Shown here one piece after another: positions 1 to 9,679 of a stretch of 64,000 bases of DNA. Every line of letters begins with the position of its first letter. The first letter of the stretch is position 1. A program made the translations under genes and the position numbers. The notes under the pieces are model-generated. The model saw only the letters and a list, made by a program, of their open reading frames with translations. It had not been told where the DNA came from and searched no databases. The stretch lies in assembly GCA_965602015.1 (NCBI GenBank), contig OZ271918.1, positions 160,001 to 224,000 of the forward strand, read 5' to 3'. Source of the DNA: Salinispira sp. GTDB lineage: Bacteria > Spirochaetota > Spirochaetia > DSM-27196 > Salinispiraceae.

Positions 1-2
1 GT

Positions 3-1703
3 GTAGGCATCGACGATACGCGTATCCTTCCCGGTGATTTCACCTCCGATACCGCCAGAGAACTAACCCGTGCGGTTCTGGACGACAGAAAAAGGCCTCC
101 TCGAGCAATTATCTGCTGTAATGACCTGTCGGCTTTTGGCGCATCTGAAATCCTCAAAGATCGGGGCATACGCATCCCGAAGGATTGTATTCTCACCGGT
201 TTTGACGATTTTGAGTATGCCGCGGCAATGCATCCCTCGTTGAGCACGGTCCATTTCCCCATCAGGGAGATGGGCCGCGAAGCCGCCAGGCTGATAATCA
301 GGCAGAGCGAAGAATCCTCTGCTCCCCGCGCGACCAAAATCATCAGCATCCCCGCCTTTACCGTCCTCAGGGAATCCACGGGTCACCGGCTTCAGAAACG
401 TCAGATTGCCCGCGCCAGGGAAATGCTCCTGTTCGACATGCGCTCCAAAGAAAAAGCGCCCTATAGAAGCATGTTCACCAAAGCGCTCCTTGAGTCGCCG
501 CGGTTGAAAAGCATCATGCCTGCTTTGATGGAAATTTTGCCTGAATGTGGAGTGTATTCCCTGGGTGTGTTTCTCTATACCGATGTTCCGACCATGCCCG
601 ATAAAAAAATGCTGCGGCTTGATGACGGTTTTATCAGGAAGCCTTCAGGCGAGATTATCAGGCTTGAACCGGATTCCCAGCTCTTCGAGGAGGGCCGGGT
701 ACTGTGTCCCCAGGATCATTTTAACGCGATCCGGTCGAGCGGGCCCCGGCTTCATCTCTGTCCTCTCCAGCATGAGCAGTTGCGCCTCGGGTACATATTG
801 ACCACAAGTTCCGAGGTTGCGCTGGATTTTCCTGAAAACATAGCGGATCAGCTCTCGGGCTATCTTCACCGGTGGCGGCTCTTTCGCAGTTCTCAGCGAC
901 AGCAGGAAGAAATGCAGAGAATGATTGCCCGCCTGCAGGAGATGCAAATCGCCCTGGACAATGTGGAGCAGCTGCAACAGATGGGGCGCCTGGTTGCCGG
1001 TGTGGGTCATGAACTCAATACTCCCATCGGCTCAAGCCTCACCCTCGCCTCCTTTCTCGCGGACAGAGCACGGGAAGTTGAAGATCGGTTAGAAGACAGT
1101 GTCTCCGGCGGCGAAGTTGCCAAGTTTATTTCCCAGAGCCGGGAGGCTGCAGACTCGCTTATGCGAAATTTGAACCGGAGTTCTAAGCTTATTAGAACCT
1201 TTCGCTCGCTATCTGTTGATCCCGCGGAAAACAATGTTCGCCGGTTTTTTTTGTATCAGGTACTGGATGTGTGCGTTCAACGCTTTCTCGATCTGCCGGA
1301 TTTTCGCTTAACCTTACGAAGCGACTGCCCGGAGAATATAGAGCTCACAAACGATCCGGAAGCTATAGAGTTCTGCATCGAGCAGTTGTTGGAGAACAGT
1401 CTTCACCATTCGTACTCCGGAGAAACCCGGGGAACCGTGGACATCCATGTCGTAAAAGAAGCTCAAAGAGTCATTTTGCGGTATCGGGATTACGGACACC
1501 TGCACCCTGAGCTCGATATGGAAAGGATTTTCGAGCCGTTTTACACCACCATGAGGGCGAAAGGACGCACCGGGCTCGGTCTGCACATTGTGCAAAACAT
1601 GGTCAGATATCGCATGAAGGGCGGAATAAGCGTAGATCTGCCAAAGCAGGGGGGAATGGAGTTCCTTCTTTCCATCCCCTCAGACCTGTCTGAGCATGGC
1701 TGA
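3..1703 (+). CDS. Sensor histidine kinase with N-terminal LacI/GalR-type ligand-binding domain (5' end outside window)
   Basis: The frame is open from position 3 (…AIICCNDLSAFG…RIPKDCILTGFDDFEYAAAMHPSLSTV, LacI-type effector domain). H-box GVGHELNTPIG; HATPase motifs ENSLHH, DYG, FEPFYTT, GTGLGL-like (GRTGLGL). Confidence 0.85.
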   Translation, partial: VGIDDTRILPGDFTSDTARELTRAVLDDRKRPPRAIICCNDLSAFGASEILKDRGIRIPKDCILTGFDDFEYAAAMHPSLSTVHFPIREMGREAARLIIRQSEESSAPRATKIISIPAFTVLRESTGHRLQKRQIARAREMLLFDMRSKEKAPYRSMFTKALLESPRLKSIMPALMEILPECGVYSLGVFLYTDVPTMPDKKMLRLDDGFIRKPSGEIIRLEPDSQLFEEGRVLCPQDHFNAIRSSGPRLHLCPLQHEQLRLGYILTTSSEVALDFPENIADQLSGYLHRWRLFRSSQRQQEEMQRMIARLQEMQIALDNVEQLQQMGRLVAGVGHELNTPIGSSLTLASFLADRAREVEDRLEDSVSGGEVAKFISQSREAADSLMRNLNRSSKLIRTFRSLSVDPAENNVRRFFLYQVLDVCVQRFLDLPDFRLTLRSDCPENIELTNDPEAIEFCIEQLLENSLHHSYSGETRGTVDIHVVKEAQRVILRYRDYGHLHPELDMERIFEPFYTTMRAKGRTGLGLHIVQNMVRYRMKGGISVDLPKQGGMEFLLSIPSDLSEHG

Positions 1704-2475
1704 GCTGCAGCCTTTTTATAATCTCAAGGACCGGGATCTGAAAAACAGCGGGGCGTGCATCGTCGAGGGGCATACCCTGGTGCGTCGTCTTGCAGCAATA
1801 GGTATTGCACCCCTCTCACTGCTCTGTGTTGAAGGGCAGGGGGACATCTATGAGAGCCTCTTTGAAGGAAGCTGCCCGGTATACCTTCGAAATCACGATG
1901 AAATTCAGAGAATCATCGGGTTTAAGTTTCACCGCGGCGTATTGGCGGCGGTTCCCCGACCGTCGGTTCCCCGGCTTGCGGAGCAGGATAGCCTCCTGGG
2001 TGAACCCGGACTCCTGGTTTCCTGCATGCACATCCAGGAGGGCAGCAACCTCGGGGCAGTTATTCGAAGTGCAAAGGCCTTGGGAGCCCGAGGAGTCATT
2101 TTGGGTCCCGACTCTGCAGATCCGTTCTCAAGAAAAGCTGTGCGAGCTTCTGCCGCCTGGGTGTTTTCTCTTCCCTTATTCTGGTCCGAAAGCGCTGAAG
2201 CTGCAGCAGACTTACTGGCTTCCCGCCAATGGTCCCTGCTGGCCGCAGAAAGCAGCCAGGCAGGAGCGATTTCCCTTGAAGAGTTCTGCAGAGAACGTGC
2301 CGGCAGCGCTTTGGTGAGCCAAACCTTATTTTTGGGGCATGAGTTTACCGGCTTGGGAGAGGCGATGCTTTCAAGAATGGATTATTTGCTGGAGATTCCC
2401 ATGGAGGCCGGGGTGGACAGCCTGAATGTGGCAACTGCAGCAGGCATCTTTATCTACCGTTTAGTCAACAGCTAA
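1696..2475 (+). CDS. TrmH/SpoU family RNA 2'-O-methyltransferase
   Basis: SPOUT motifs NLGAVIRSA, LGHEFTG, IPM…VDSLNVATA. Confidence 0.9.
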   Translation: MAELQPFYNLKDRDLKNSGACIVEGHTLVRRLAAIGIAPLSLLCVEGQGDIYESLFEGSCPVYLRNHDEIQRIIGFKFHRGVLAAVPRPSVPRLAEQDSLLGEPGLLVSCMHIQEGSNLGAVIRSAKALGARGVILGPDSADPFSRKAVRASAAWVFSLPLFWSESAEAAADLLASRQWSLLAAESSQAGAISLEEFCRERAGSALVSQTLFLGHEFTGLGEAMLSRMDYLLEIPMEAGVDSLNVATAAGIFIYRLVNS

Positions 2476-2523
2476 GACACATGGAGTTTTGCCATATCCC
2501 AACAAGTGTAGTAGCATATCATT

Positions 2524-4005
2524 ATGCTCAGAACTCTAGAAGATGTAATCAAGTCCATGAAGAATCGGGAGATCAGCCCCGGTTCGGAAATTGAGGCAAT
2601 GCACCGCCTGCTGGCTGCGCACCGGGAACGGGATATTAATCTTGCCGCATTTATCGAACTCGCTCCGGGGGAAAACCAGGAGCCCATAGATTACTATTCC
2701 CTGCCCCTGGGCGGTGCGACGATAGCGGTGAAGGACAACATCGACACTGCAGATCTGGGATGCAGCGCCGGGAGTCTTGCCCTGTCGGAAGTCGCAGTGA
2801 GTCAGGACGCCTTCCTCGTTCGCAAGATAAGGGCTGCAGGCGGAGTGGTTGCGGGAAAGACGAATCTCAGCGAATGGGCAAATTTCCGCTCGACCCGATC
2901 CATGAGCGGCTGGAGCTCCGCCGGCGGTCAGTGCAGGAACCCCTTTGTTATGGACCGAAGCCCCTGCGGCTCCAGTTCCGGTTCAGCCGTCGCGGTAGCC
3001 GGGGGCTATGTCAGCGCCGCCATCGGTACCGAAACCGACGGATCGATTATCTGCCCCGCGGCAACGAACGGAATCGTCGGGCTCAAGCCGACCATGGGAA
3101 GGGTGAGCCGCGGCGGTATCGTGCCAATAGCTGAAAGCCAGGATACCGCCGGTCCCATGGCCAACACCGTTCGGGATGCTGCGCTGCTTCTTAAAGCAAT
3201 TGAGGGTGAAGACCCCATGGATCCCGCTACCGCGGATCGGCGCAGGGACACGTCGGCTGAACTGTTCAGCGATATGGGCATGAAAGATCTGGCGCCACTC
3301 CGTTTGGGTTATTTCGAGGGGGGAGACGGATTCATCTCCACGGTGAAGAGCGAGTTTCACGTCGCCCTCAGCCTGCTGGAAGAAGCCGGAGCCGAACTGA
3401 GAAACATCGGCAGCATACCTCAGCTGAAAGAGATACATGATGCGGAATTCCAGGTGCTGCTCTGTGAATTCAGGGATGACATCGAAAGCTATTTTGAGAA
3501 ATACCGTCGCAACGGGAGCTTTTCCAGCCTCAATGAGTTGATCGTGTACAATATTGGTAATCGCGGTTCGGTAATGCCTTATTTCGGGCAGGAGCTCTTT
3601 TATATGGCTTCCGATACAAAGGGGCGTCGGGACAAGCGCTACGCTCCGGCGAAAGAGCGCTGTCAAACCCTTGCGGTAAAAGAGGGCCTGGAACTGATGT
3701 TTGATGAATATCGTCTCGATGCTCTGCTGATGCCCAGCAACAATCCCGCATGGCTCATCGATCCGCTCCTCGGTGATTACGGAACCGGGGGGAGCTCTAC
3801 TTTGGCGGCGGTCAGCGGTTGGCCATCGCTTACCGTCCCCATGACCAGAATTTACTCGCTTCCGGTAGGGTTGACCATCGTCGGAAGGCCATGGAGCGAA
3901 TCCAGGATTTTGGGAATCGGGGAATATTTTGAAAGAAAAAGAGGGGTGTTGAAACCAGCTGAGTTTACCAAAAGTCTCAATTTCGAGGGCGTTAAGCGCT
4001 ATTAA
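2524..4005 (+). CDS. Amidase signature family protein
   Basis: VKDNI, GKTNLSEWANF, GSSSGSAVAVA, IGTETDGSIICPA (Lys-Ser-Ser triad motifs). Confidence 0.92.
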   Translation: MLRTLEDVIKSMKNREISPGSEIEAMHRLLAAHRERDINLAAFIELAPGENQEPIDYYSLPLGGATIAVKDNIDTADLGCSAGSLALSEVAVSQDAFLVRKIRAAGGVVAGKTNLSEWANFRSTRSMSGWSSAGGQCRNPFVMDRSPCGSSSGSAVAVAGGYVSAAIGTETDGSIICPAATNGIVGLKPTMGRVSRGGIVPIAESQDTAGPMANTVRDAALLLKAIEGEDPMDPATADRRRDTSAELFSDMGMKDLAPLRLGYFEGGDGFISTVKSEFHVALSLLEEAGAELRNIGSIPQLKEIHDAEFQVLLCEFRDDIESYFEKYRRNGSFSSLNELIVYNIGNRGSVMPYFGQELFYMASDTKGRRDKRYAPAKERCQTLAVKEGLELMFDEYRLDALLMPSNNPAWLIDPLLGDYGTGGSSTLAAVSGWPSLTVPMTRIYSLPVGLTIVGRPWSESRILGIGEYFERKRGVLKPAEFTKSLNFEGVKRY

Positions 4006-4054
4006 GTGTGTGCTGTAAGCTAATAAGAGCTTGCTACAGCCTGATAAGATCCTG

Positions 4055-5059
4055 CTATAACAACAGGTCCTCAACGGGCCCCTGCACTTCGATTCCCGCC
4101 GCCGAGCTGCTGCCCTCCCATACCAGGCTGCCGCGCATAAACAGTCGGCAGGAAATCCTGCCGGCCACAGTTTCCTTTATCACCCTGTCCATCGCGCCTT
4201 TTCTGGGAGCAATAAGATCGCGGCCCTCGTCGCTCGATGCGCTAATCTCGAGACGGTACGATGCGCCGGCGATTATTGCGGATACTTCCAAGGTTTTTCC
4301 GGCCCTGCGTATTTCGGTTTTCCGCAGTTTGTAACGCGAATAGCTGCCAAAGACCAGGGCGTCGGGCAGGATCTCCGGATGATAGAGAAAGCCGAGGTGA
4401 CCGGGGAAGCTTGAGCGGCCCCATGGTATATGGGCATGACTGAGCATAATGGAGGCTCCGTCGGAAAAACTGTTCGCCTGCATCCAAATCCATGCGCGGG
4501 GAAAAGAGCTCCCCCAATCCTTTTCGATATAGCCCCGTCCATTACCGAGCCCGATGGGTTTTCCTTCCAGTGAGAGATCACCTTCAATGTCATGATCCAT
4601 GGAAACCAGACCGTGGTAACATTCCATTCCCGGTATATAGCTGAATGGGCCCATTATGCCCGGCCGATAGATATGCGGTTTGAGAGCCGCTACGTTATGG
4701 TAATTAAGGCTGCCCCGGTATTCTCCCAAGACGCTGGACAGGCCGATTTGTATTCCGGAATGAGAAAAGCGGTTGCCCGCAATTTCCAAGGCGAGTTCGT
4801 TTTTAGCGAAGCGCGCCTCCTCGATTGGAAATCGGCAATAGTCGCTCCCCGCCCGCGAGTCGTTGACCTGAATAAACGAATGAGGATCGTCACCGAGGCT
4901 AATGCCGGGAATAAATGCAACCACATGGCCGTCTGTTCCCGCATGCTTGAAGTACCATCCCTCGAAGTATTCGGCGTTTCTCACGCGTTTTTGCGAGGGT
5001 TTTCCAAAGTTTGAAAAATCCGGGCCCTGGTAAAGATAACTGCGAAATGGATGCTTCAT
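4055..5059 (-). CDS. Tocopherol cyclase family protein
   Basis: YFEGWYFK, GIMGPFSYIPGMECYH, GYIEKDWGSSFPRAWIWMQ. Confidence 0.85.
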   Translation of the reverse strand: MKHPFRSYLYQGPDFSNFGKPSQKRVRNAEYFEGWYFKHAGTDGHVVAFIPGISLGDDPHSFIQVNDSRAGSDYCRFPIEEARFAKNELALEIAGNRFSHSGIQIGLSSVLGEYRGSLNYHNVAALKPHIYRPGIMGPFSYIPGMECYHGLVSMDHDIEGDLSLEGKPIGLGNGRGYIEKDWGSSFPRAWIWMQANSFSDGASIMLSHAHIPWGRSSFPGHLGFLYHPEILPDALVFGSYSRYKLRKTEIRRAGKTLEVSAIIAGASYRLEISASSDEGRDLIAPRKGAMDRVIKETVAGRISCRLFMRGSLVWEGSSSAAGIEVQGPVEDLLL

Positions 5060-5109
5060 AGCCTTAAGTATTATCGCGCGTGGGGATTTTTACCAGGCAC
5101 TTTGAACGC

Positions 5110-5141
5110 AAAAAAAAACGGGACCCCTGAAAGGAGTCCCG
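5110..5141 (-). terminator. Intrinsic terminator after PFOR
   Basis: CGGGAC…GTCCCG hairpin with a 9-A tract on + (U-tract on -), 19 nt past the PFOR stop. Confidence 0.8.
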
Positions 5142-5159
5142 CAGATAGTAAAGGTCTGT

Positions 5160-8100
5160 TTAGAACGGGCGATCCGCAAGATAGCGGAGCTGCTTGTATT
5201 CGCTCTCAATGGTCTTCTTCTGATAGGCCAGATACTTGGCTGCATCCTCAGGATTAGCGGCCTTGAGGCTCCGGAATCGAATCTGGTTGTACATGTAGTC
5301 TTCCAGATCGATCTTTGGTTCCTTGCTGTCCAGCTGCAGAGGGTTCTTGCCCTCATCGGCAAGCTCGGGATTGTAGCGGTAGAGGGGGAACATGCCCGAT
5401 TCGACTGCCGCCTTCTGGTGCATCATACCCTCGCCCATGTCCCGGATTCCGTGGGCGATACAATGGCTGTAGGCCATGATTATCGACGGTCCGTTATAGG
5501 CTTCCGCTTCCTGGAAGGCTTTGATTGTCTGAATCCGGTTAAAGCCCATGGCCACCCTGGCGACGTATACATACCCGTAACTCATGGCGATGGCGCCCAG
5601 GTCTTTCTTCTTCGTGGGTTTTCCGCCGAAGGCGAACTTCGCAATTGCTCCGGTGGGAGTTGCCTTTGACATCTGACCGCCGGTATTGGAGTACACTTCG
5701 GTATCCATAACCAGGATATTGATGTTTTTACCGGAAGCGATGACGTGATCAAGGCCGCCGAAACCGATATCGTAGGCCCAGCCGTCGCCTCCGAGAATCC
5801 AGACGGACTTCTTGACCAGATAGTCAGCCATGTTCGCCAATTCAACAGACTCAGGAGTTTTTTTCTTGGAGAGGATTTCCTTGAGCTTCGCAACGTTGAC
5901 GCGCTGCTCTTCTATGAGCTCCTCTGTTTCCTGATTGTTGCCGACGATGGCGTCGGCCAGTTCGGGGGGAATGTCTTTCCTGTCCTTGGCTGCGGCCACA
6001 AGTTCCATACCGTATTTCTGCTGCTGATCGGCGGTGAGACGATACCCAAATCCGAATTCCGCAGCATCTTCAAACAGAGAGTTGGACCATGCGGGTCCCC
6101 GACCGTCTTCGCGGGTAGTGTAGGGGGTGGTCGGAAGGTTTCCGCCGTAAATCGACGAACATCCGGTTGCGTTGGCAATTACCGCCCGATCCCCATAAAG
6201 CTGACTCATCAGTTTAACATAAGGAGTTTCACCGCAGCCTGCGCATGCGCCGGAGAACTCAAACAGCGGCTCGAGAAGCTGGCTTCCCTTTGTGGTCTTT
6301 TTATTGACCTTATCCCGGGCAATATTGGGAATTGTGAGGAAGTACTCCCAGTTTTCCTTCTCCGAATCCCGAAGAGGCGCCTGAAGTTCCATGTTGATGG
6401 CTTTCCGGTCTGTCTTGTTGCCCTCATCATCCTTGGCAAAAGCCGGGCAGATGTTTACGCAGGCGCCGCATCCCGTACAATCTTCGGGAGCGACCTGGAT
6501 GGTGAACTTCATACCCGCAAGATCCTTGCCCTTGGCATCGCAGTGCTGGAAGGTTTTCGGTGCTTTTTGGGTGAAGCCGTCATCGTAGGCCTTCATCCTG
6601 ATGGTCGCGTGGGGACAAACCGCTGAACAGTCGCCGCACTGTATACACACCTGTGGATCCCAGACGGGGATATACTCGGCGATGTTCCGCTTCTCGTATT
6701 TGGTGGTGGCTACCGGAAAGGTGCCGTCCACCGGGAGCTTGGACAGGGGAATTTTATGTCCCCGGTTCGCCATTATCTCTGCGGTGACTTCCCTTACGAA
6801 AGTCGGCGCGTCAGCAGGAACCAGAGCCGGTTTCTTTATGCTGCTGGAAGCCTTCTTCGGGTAATTGACCGCCACAACCTTGCTGAGAGCCGCATCGACG
6901 GTGCGAATGTTTGCATCGACGATGTCTTTTCCCTTCTTGGAATAGGTCTTGATGATGGCTTCCTTGATGAGATTTACCGCCTCGGCCTCAGGCAAAATAC
7001 CGGATATTTTGAAAAATGCGGTCTGCATTATGACGTTGATCCGGTTGCCCATTCCCATTTCCTCGGCGAGCTTAACCGCATCGATGACGAAGAATTTTGC
7101 CTCTTTTTCGATAATCTGCTTCTGCACCTCGACGGGCATTTTGTCCCAGACTTCGTCCGCCGAATAGGGGCTGGCAAGCAGAAAGGTTCCGCCCTTCTGA
7201 AGCATATCCAGCATTTCGACTTTTTCCAGGAACGCAAACTTGTGACAGGCCACGAAGTTGGCATCCTGAATAAGATAGGTTGAGCGGATGTGGCTCGGTC
7301 CGAAACGGAGGTGGCTAGCGGTGGTAGTGCCGGCCTTTTTGGAATCATAGACGAAATAGCCCTGGGCATAGTTCTCAGTGGCTCCGCCGATAATTTTGAT
7401 GCTGTTTTTATTCGCGCCTACGGTTCCGTCCGACCCGAGGCCAAAAAACACCGCGCGGTGAACGTCATCGCTCTCGGTGATAAAGTGCTCGTCGAATGCC
7501 AGGCTGGTACCGCTGACATCGTCATTGATGCCGACTGTGAAGTGATTCTTTGGAGCATCGCTCTTTAGATTGTCGAATACCGCTTTCATCATGCCCGGAG
7601 TGGTTCCGTGCTGCTGGAGACCCAGGCCGTGACGGCCGCCGACTACCTTGGGATAGTTCTTGAACGGAGCGCTGCCTTCTGACATAGCTTCACCGATTGC
7701 CGTTCTGATGTCCTCATAGAGGGGCTCGCCCAGAGATCCCGGTTCTTTTGTCATGTCGAGGGTGGCGATTGCTTTGACGCTTGCGGGCAGTGCATCAATA
7801 AAATGCCTGGTGCTGAAGGGGCGGAAGAGATGAACCTTAACAAGACCGACCTTTTCACCTTGTTTGTTGAGGAAATCTACGGTTTCTTCGGCGGTTTCCG
7901 CAGCTGAACCCATCAGAATTACGACTCTCTCCGCGTCGGGAGCGCCGTAGTAATCAAAAAGCTTGTACTGGCGGCCGGTGAGTTTCGCGAATTTGTCCAT
8001 GGTCTTCTGAACAATTTCCGGAGTCGCGTTATAGAACTTGTTGACGGTTTCCCTGGAGGCAAAATAGACATCGGGATTCTGGCTGGTACCGGTGATCGAG

Positions 8101-8741
8101 GGATGCTCGGGATCCAGTCCCCGGGCGCGGTGGGCATGAACCAGTTTCATGTCAATCATGTCTTTCATTACTTCATAGGACACTTCTTCAATCTTGTGAA
8201 CTTCGTGGCTGGTACGGAAGCCGTCGAAAAAGTGCAGAAAGGGTACTCGGGACTCGAGGGTCGCAGCCTGGGCGATAAGGGCGTTATCCATGGCTTCCTG
8301 AACGTTGTTGGAAGCCAGCATTGCGAACCCCGTAGAACGGGCCGCCATGACGTCGCTGTGATCACCAAAGATGCTCAGTCCCTGGGCAGCGATTGCCCGG
8401 GCAGCTATGTGGAAAACCGTCGGAGTCAACTCGCCGGCAATCTTGAACATATTCGGGATCATCAGCAATAATCCCTGGCTTGCAGTAAAGGTGGTCGTCA
8501 AAGCACCGGTGGCAAGGGCTCCGTGAACCGCACCGGCGGCTCCCGCTTCGCTCTGCATTTCCTCAACGTGGGGAACCGTTCCGAATATATTTTTCTTCCC
8601 CTTCGCGGAGAATTCATCCGAGAGTTCTCCCATCGGGGAGGAAGGAGTAATCGGATAAATTGCGATTACCTCGTTAGTTGCATGGGCAACGTGGGCTACC
8701 GCCGCATTGCCGTCAACAATCACCATCTTTTTATCTGACAT
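5160..8741 (-). CDS. nifJ: Pyruvate:ferredoxin (flavodoxin) oxidoreductase, single-chain type
   Basis: 1193 aa; YPITPSS, GLGSDGTVGANK, two CxxCxxCxxxCP motifs, FSGACAGCGETPY, GGDGWAYDIG, DTEVYSNTGGQ. Confidence 0.97.
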   Translation of the reverse strand: MSDKKMVIVDGNAAVAHVAHATNEVIAIYPITPSSPMGELSDEFSAKGKKNIFGTVPHVEEMQSEAGAAGAVHGALATGALTTTFTASQGLLLMIPNMFKIAGELTPTVFHIAARAIAAQGLSIFGDHSDVMAARSTGFAMLASNNVQEAMDNALIAQAATLESRVPFLHFFDGFRTSHEVHKIEEVSYEVMKDMIDMKLVHAHRARGLDPEHPSITGTSQNPDVYFASRETVNKFYNATPEIVQKTMDKFAKLTGRQYKLFDYYGAPDAERVVILMGSAAETAEETVDFLNKQGEKVGLVKVHLFRPFSTRHFIDALPASVKAIATLDMTKEPGSLGEPLYEDIRTAIGEAMSEGSAPFKNYPKVVGGRHGLGLQQHGTTPGMMKAVFDNLKSDAPKNHFTVGINDDVSGTSLAFDEHFITESDDVHRAVFFGLGSDGTVGANKNSIKIIGGATENYAQGYFVYDSKKAGTTTASHLRFGPSHIRSTYLIQDANFVACHKFAFLEKVEMLDMLQKGGTFLLASPYSADEVWDKMPVEVQKQIIEKEAKFFVIDAVKLAEEMGMGNRINVIMQTAFFKISGILPEAEAVNLIKEAIIKTYSKKGKDIVDANIRTVDAALSKVVAVNYPKKASSSIKKPALVPADAPTFVREVTAEIMANRGHKIPLSKLPVDGTFPVATTKYEKRNIAEYIPVWDPQVCIQCGDCSAVCPHATIRMKAYDDGFTQKAPKTFQHCDAKGKDLAGMKFTIQVAPEDCTGCGACVNICPAFAKDDEGNKTDRKAINMELQAPLRDSEKENWEYFLTIPNIARDKVNKKTTKGSQLLEPLFEFSGACAGCGETPYVKLMSQLYGDRAVIANATGCSSIYGGNLPTTPYTTREDGRGPAWSNSLFEDAAEFGFGYRLTADQQQKYGMELVAAAKDRKDIPPELADAIVGNNQETEELIEEQRVNVAKLKEILSKKKTPESVELANMADYLVKKSVWILGGDGWAYDIGFGGLDHVIASGKNINILVMDTEVYSNTGGQMSKATPTGAIAKFAFGGKPTKKKDLGAIAMSYGYVYVARVAMGFNRIQTIKAFQEAEAYNGPSIIMAYSHCIAHGIRDMGEGMMHQKAAVESGMFPLYRYNPELADEGKNPLQLDSKEPKIDLEDYMYNQIRFRSLKAANPEDAAKYLAYQKKTIESEYKQLRYLADRPF

Positions 8742-8889
8742 AGTGATTCCTCTTCTTTCGTGGTTTTTGGTGGCGCAATCAGGGAATAAAACCTGATATT
8801 TTTAAGCTTTGTAAAAGCTTGGTACAAGCTCATAATAAACCGTCGCATGCCGTATGGCAAGTGACTATTTGTATCAACAATGGCATTAT

Positions 8890-8907
8890 ATGTGAAAAAG
8901 ATCACAA
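8890..8907. promoter_or_regulatory. Rex/CRP-type operator candidate upstream of PFOR
   Basis: ATGTGAAAAAGATCACAA: perfect TGTGA-N6-TCACA core, two mismatches to the Rex consensus TTGTGAAnnnnTTCACAA, in an AT-rich promoter region. Confidence 0.55.
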
Positions 8908-8989
8908 AAAAATCATTAACGATTCTTTTATTTTCATTTGGAGTGAGGAAATTCTGTATTCGCGCTATCAAACTGAGTATTCTGTACCT

Positions 8990-9136
8990 ACTGCCCCCAA
9001 AACAGCTGATATGAAGGCGGTAAAGCCTTTGCTCTTAACGAATAGGGTGAGTTTTTTTGGAAGTTCATCAGACGTGTAGATTTTTACTGTTGGGCAAAAG
9101 AACTACATACTTTAAATCAGCTGTTTTGGGGGCAGT
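8990..9136. mobile_element. MITE-like element, 147 bp, with 21 bp terminal inverted repeats
   Basis: ACTGCCCCCAAAACAGCTGAT (8990-9010) and its exact reverse complement (9116-9136) flank a 105 bp AT-rich core. The same arm recurs elsewhere in the window. Confidence 0.65.
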
Positions 9137-9174
9137 GACATCTACTCAATCTTGTACAACGAAGGAGCACACCT

Positions 9175-9627
9175 ATGTCCAGATGGAAGCACCCTGATCC
9201 CCTGGGTTTCGTTAAGGAAGCCAATACTGACACCGCGATGGAAACCCTGGGCATCGAAATCGACGAAATAAATGAAGAGGGAATCGGCGGAACCATGCCG
9301 GTTGATCACCGGCATAAACGCCCAGGGGGAATCCTGCACGGGGGCGTAACCTGCGTCCTGGCGGAAACCTTGGGGAGCTACGGCTCTTGGCTACTCATCG
9401 ACTCCCAGCGCTATACCGTTGTGGGCCAGCAAATAATTTGCAACCATCTGCGGCCGGTAACCGGCGGAAGCGTCCGGGCCTTTGCACGCACTATTCATGT
9501 GGGACGACGCAGTCATATTTGGGACATCGATGTGTTCAACCAGGACGGCAAGCCCGCAGCTTCGGCCCGGCTCACCGTCGCAGTGCTGGACAAACGCGGT
9601 GATTCTCCGGTTCCCCAACCCCGCTGA
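9175..9627 (+). CDS. Hotdog-fold acyl-CoA thioesterase (PaaI/YdiI-like)
   Basis: GILHGGVTCVLAETLGS, NHLRPV, HVGRRSHIW; AAGGAG RBS. Confidence 0.88.
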   Translation: MSRWKHPDPLGFVKEANTDTAMETLGIEIDEINEEGIGGTMPVDHRHKRPGGILHGGVTCVLAETLGSYGSWLLIDSQRYTVVGQQIICNHLRPVTGGSVRAFARTIHVGRRSHIWDIDVFNQDGKPAASARLTVAVLDKRGDSPVPQPR

Positions 9628-9679
9628 CGGCAAGCTCGCAGCGGCGGCAGCAGTGCGTCCGGTGTTAAAGAAACCAGGG

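Noticed and set aside
4020..4061. Imperfect 21 bp tandem duplication between the convergent amidase and cyclase genes
   Set aside because: Two degenerate copies only; no functional evidence.
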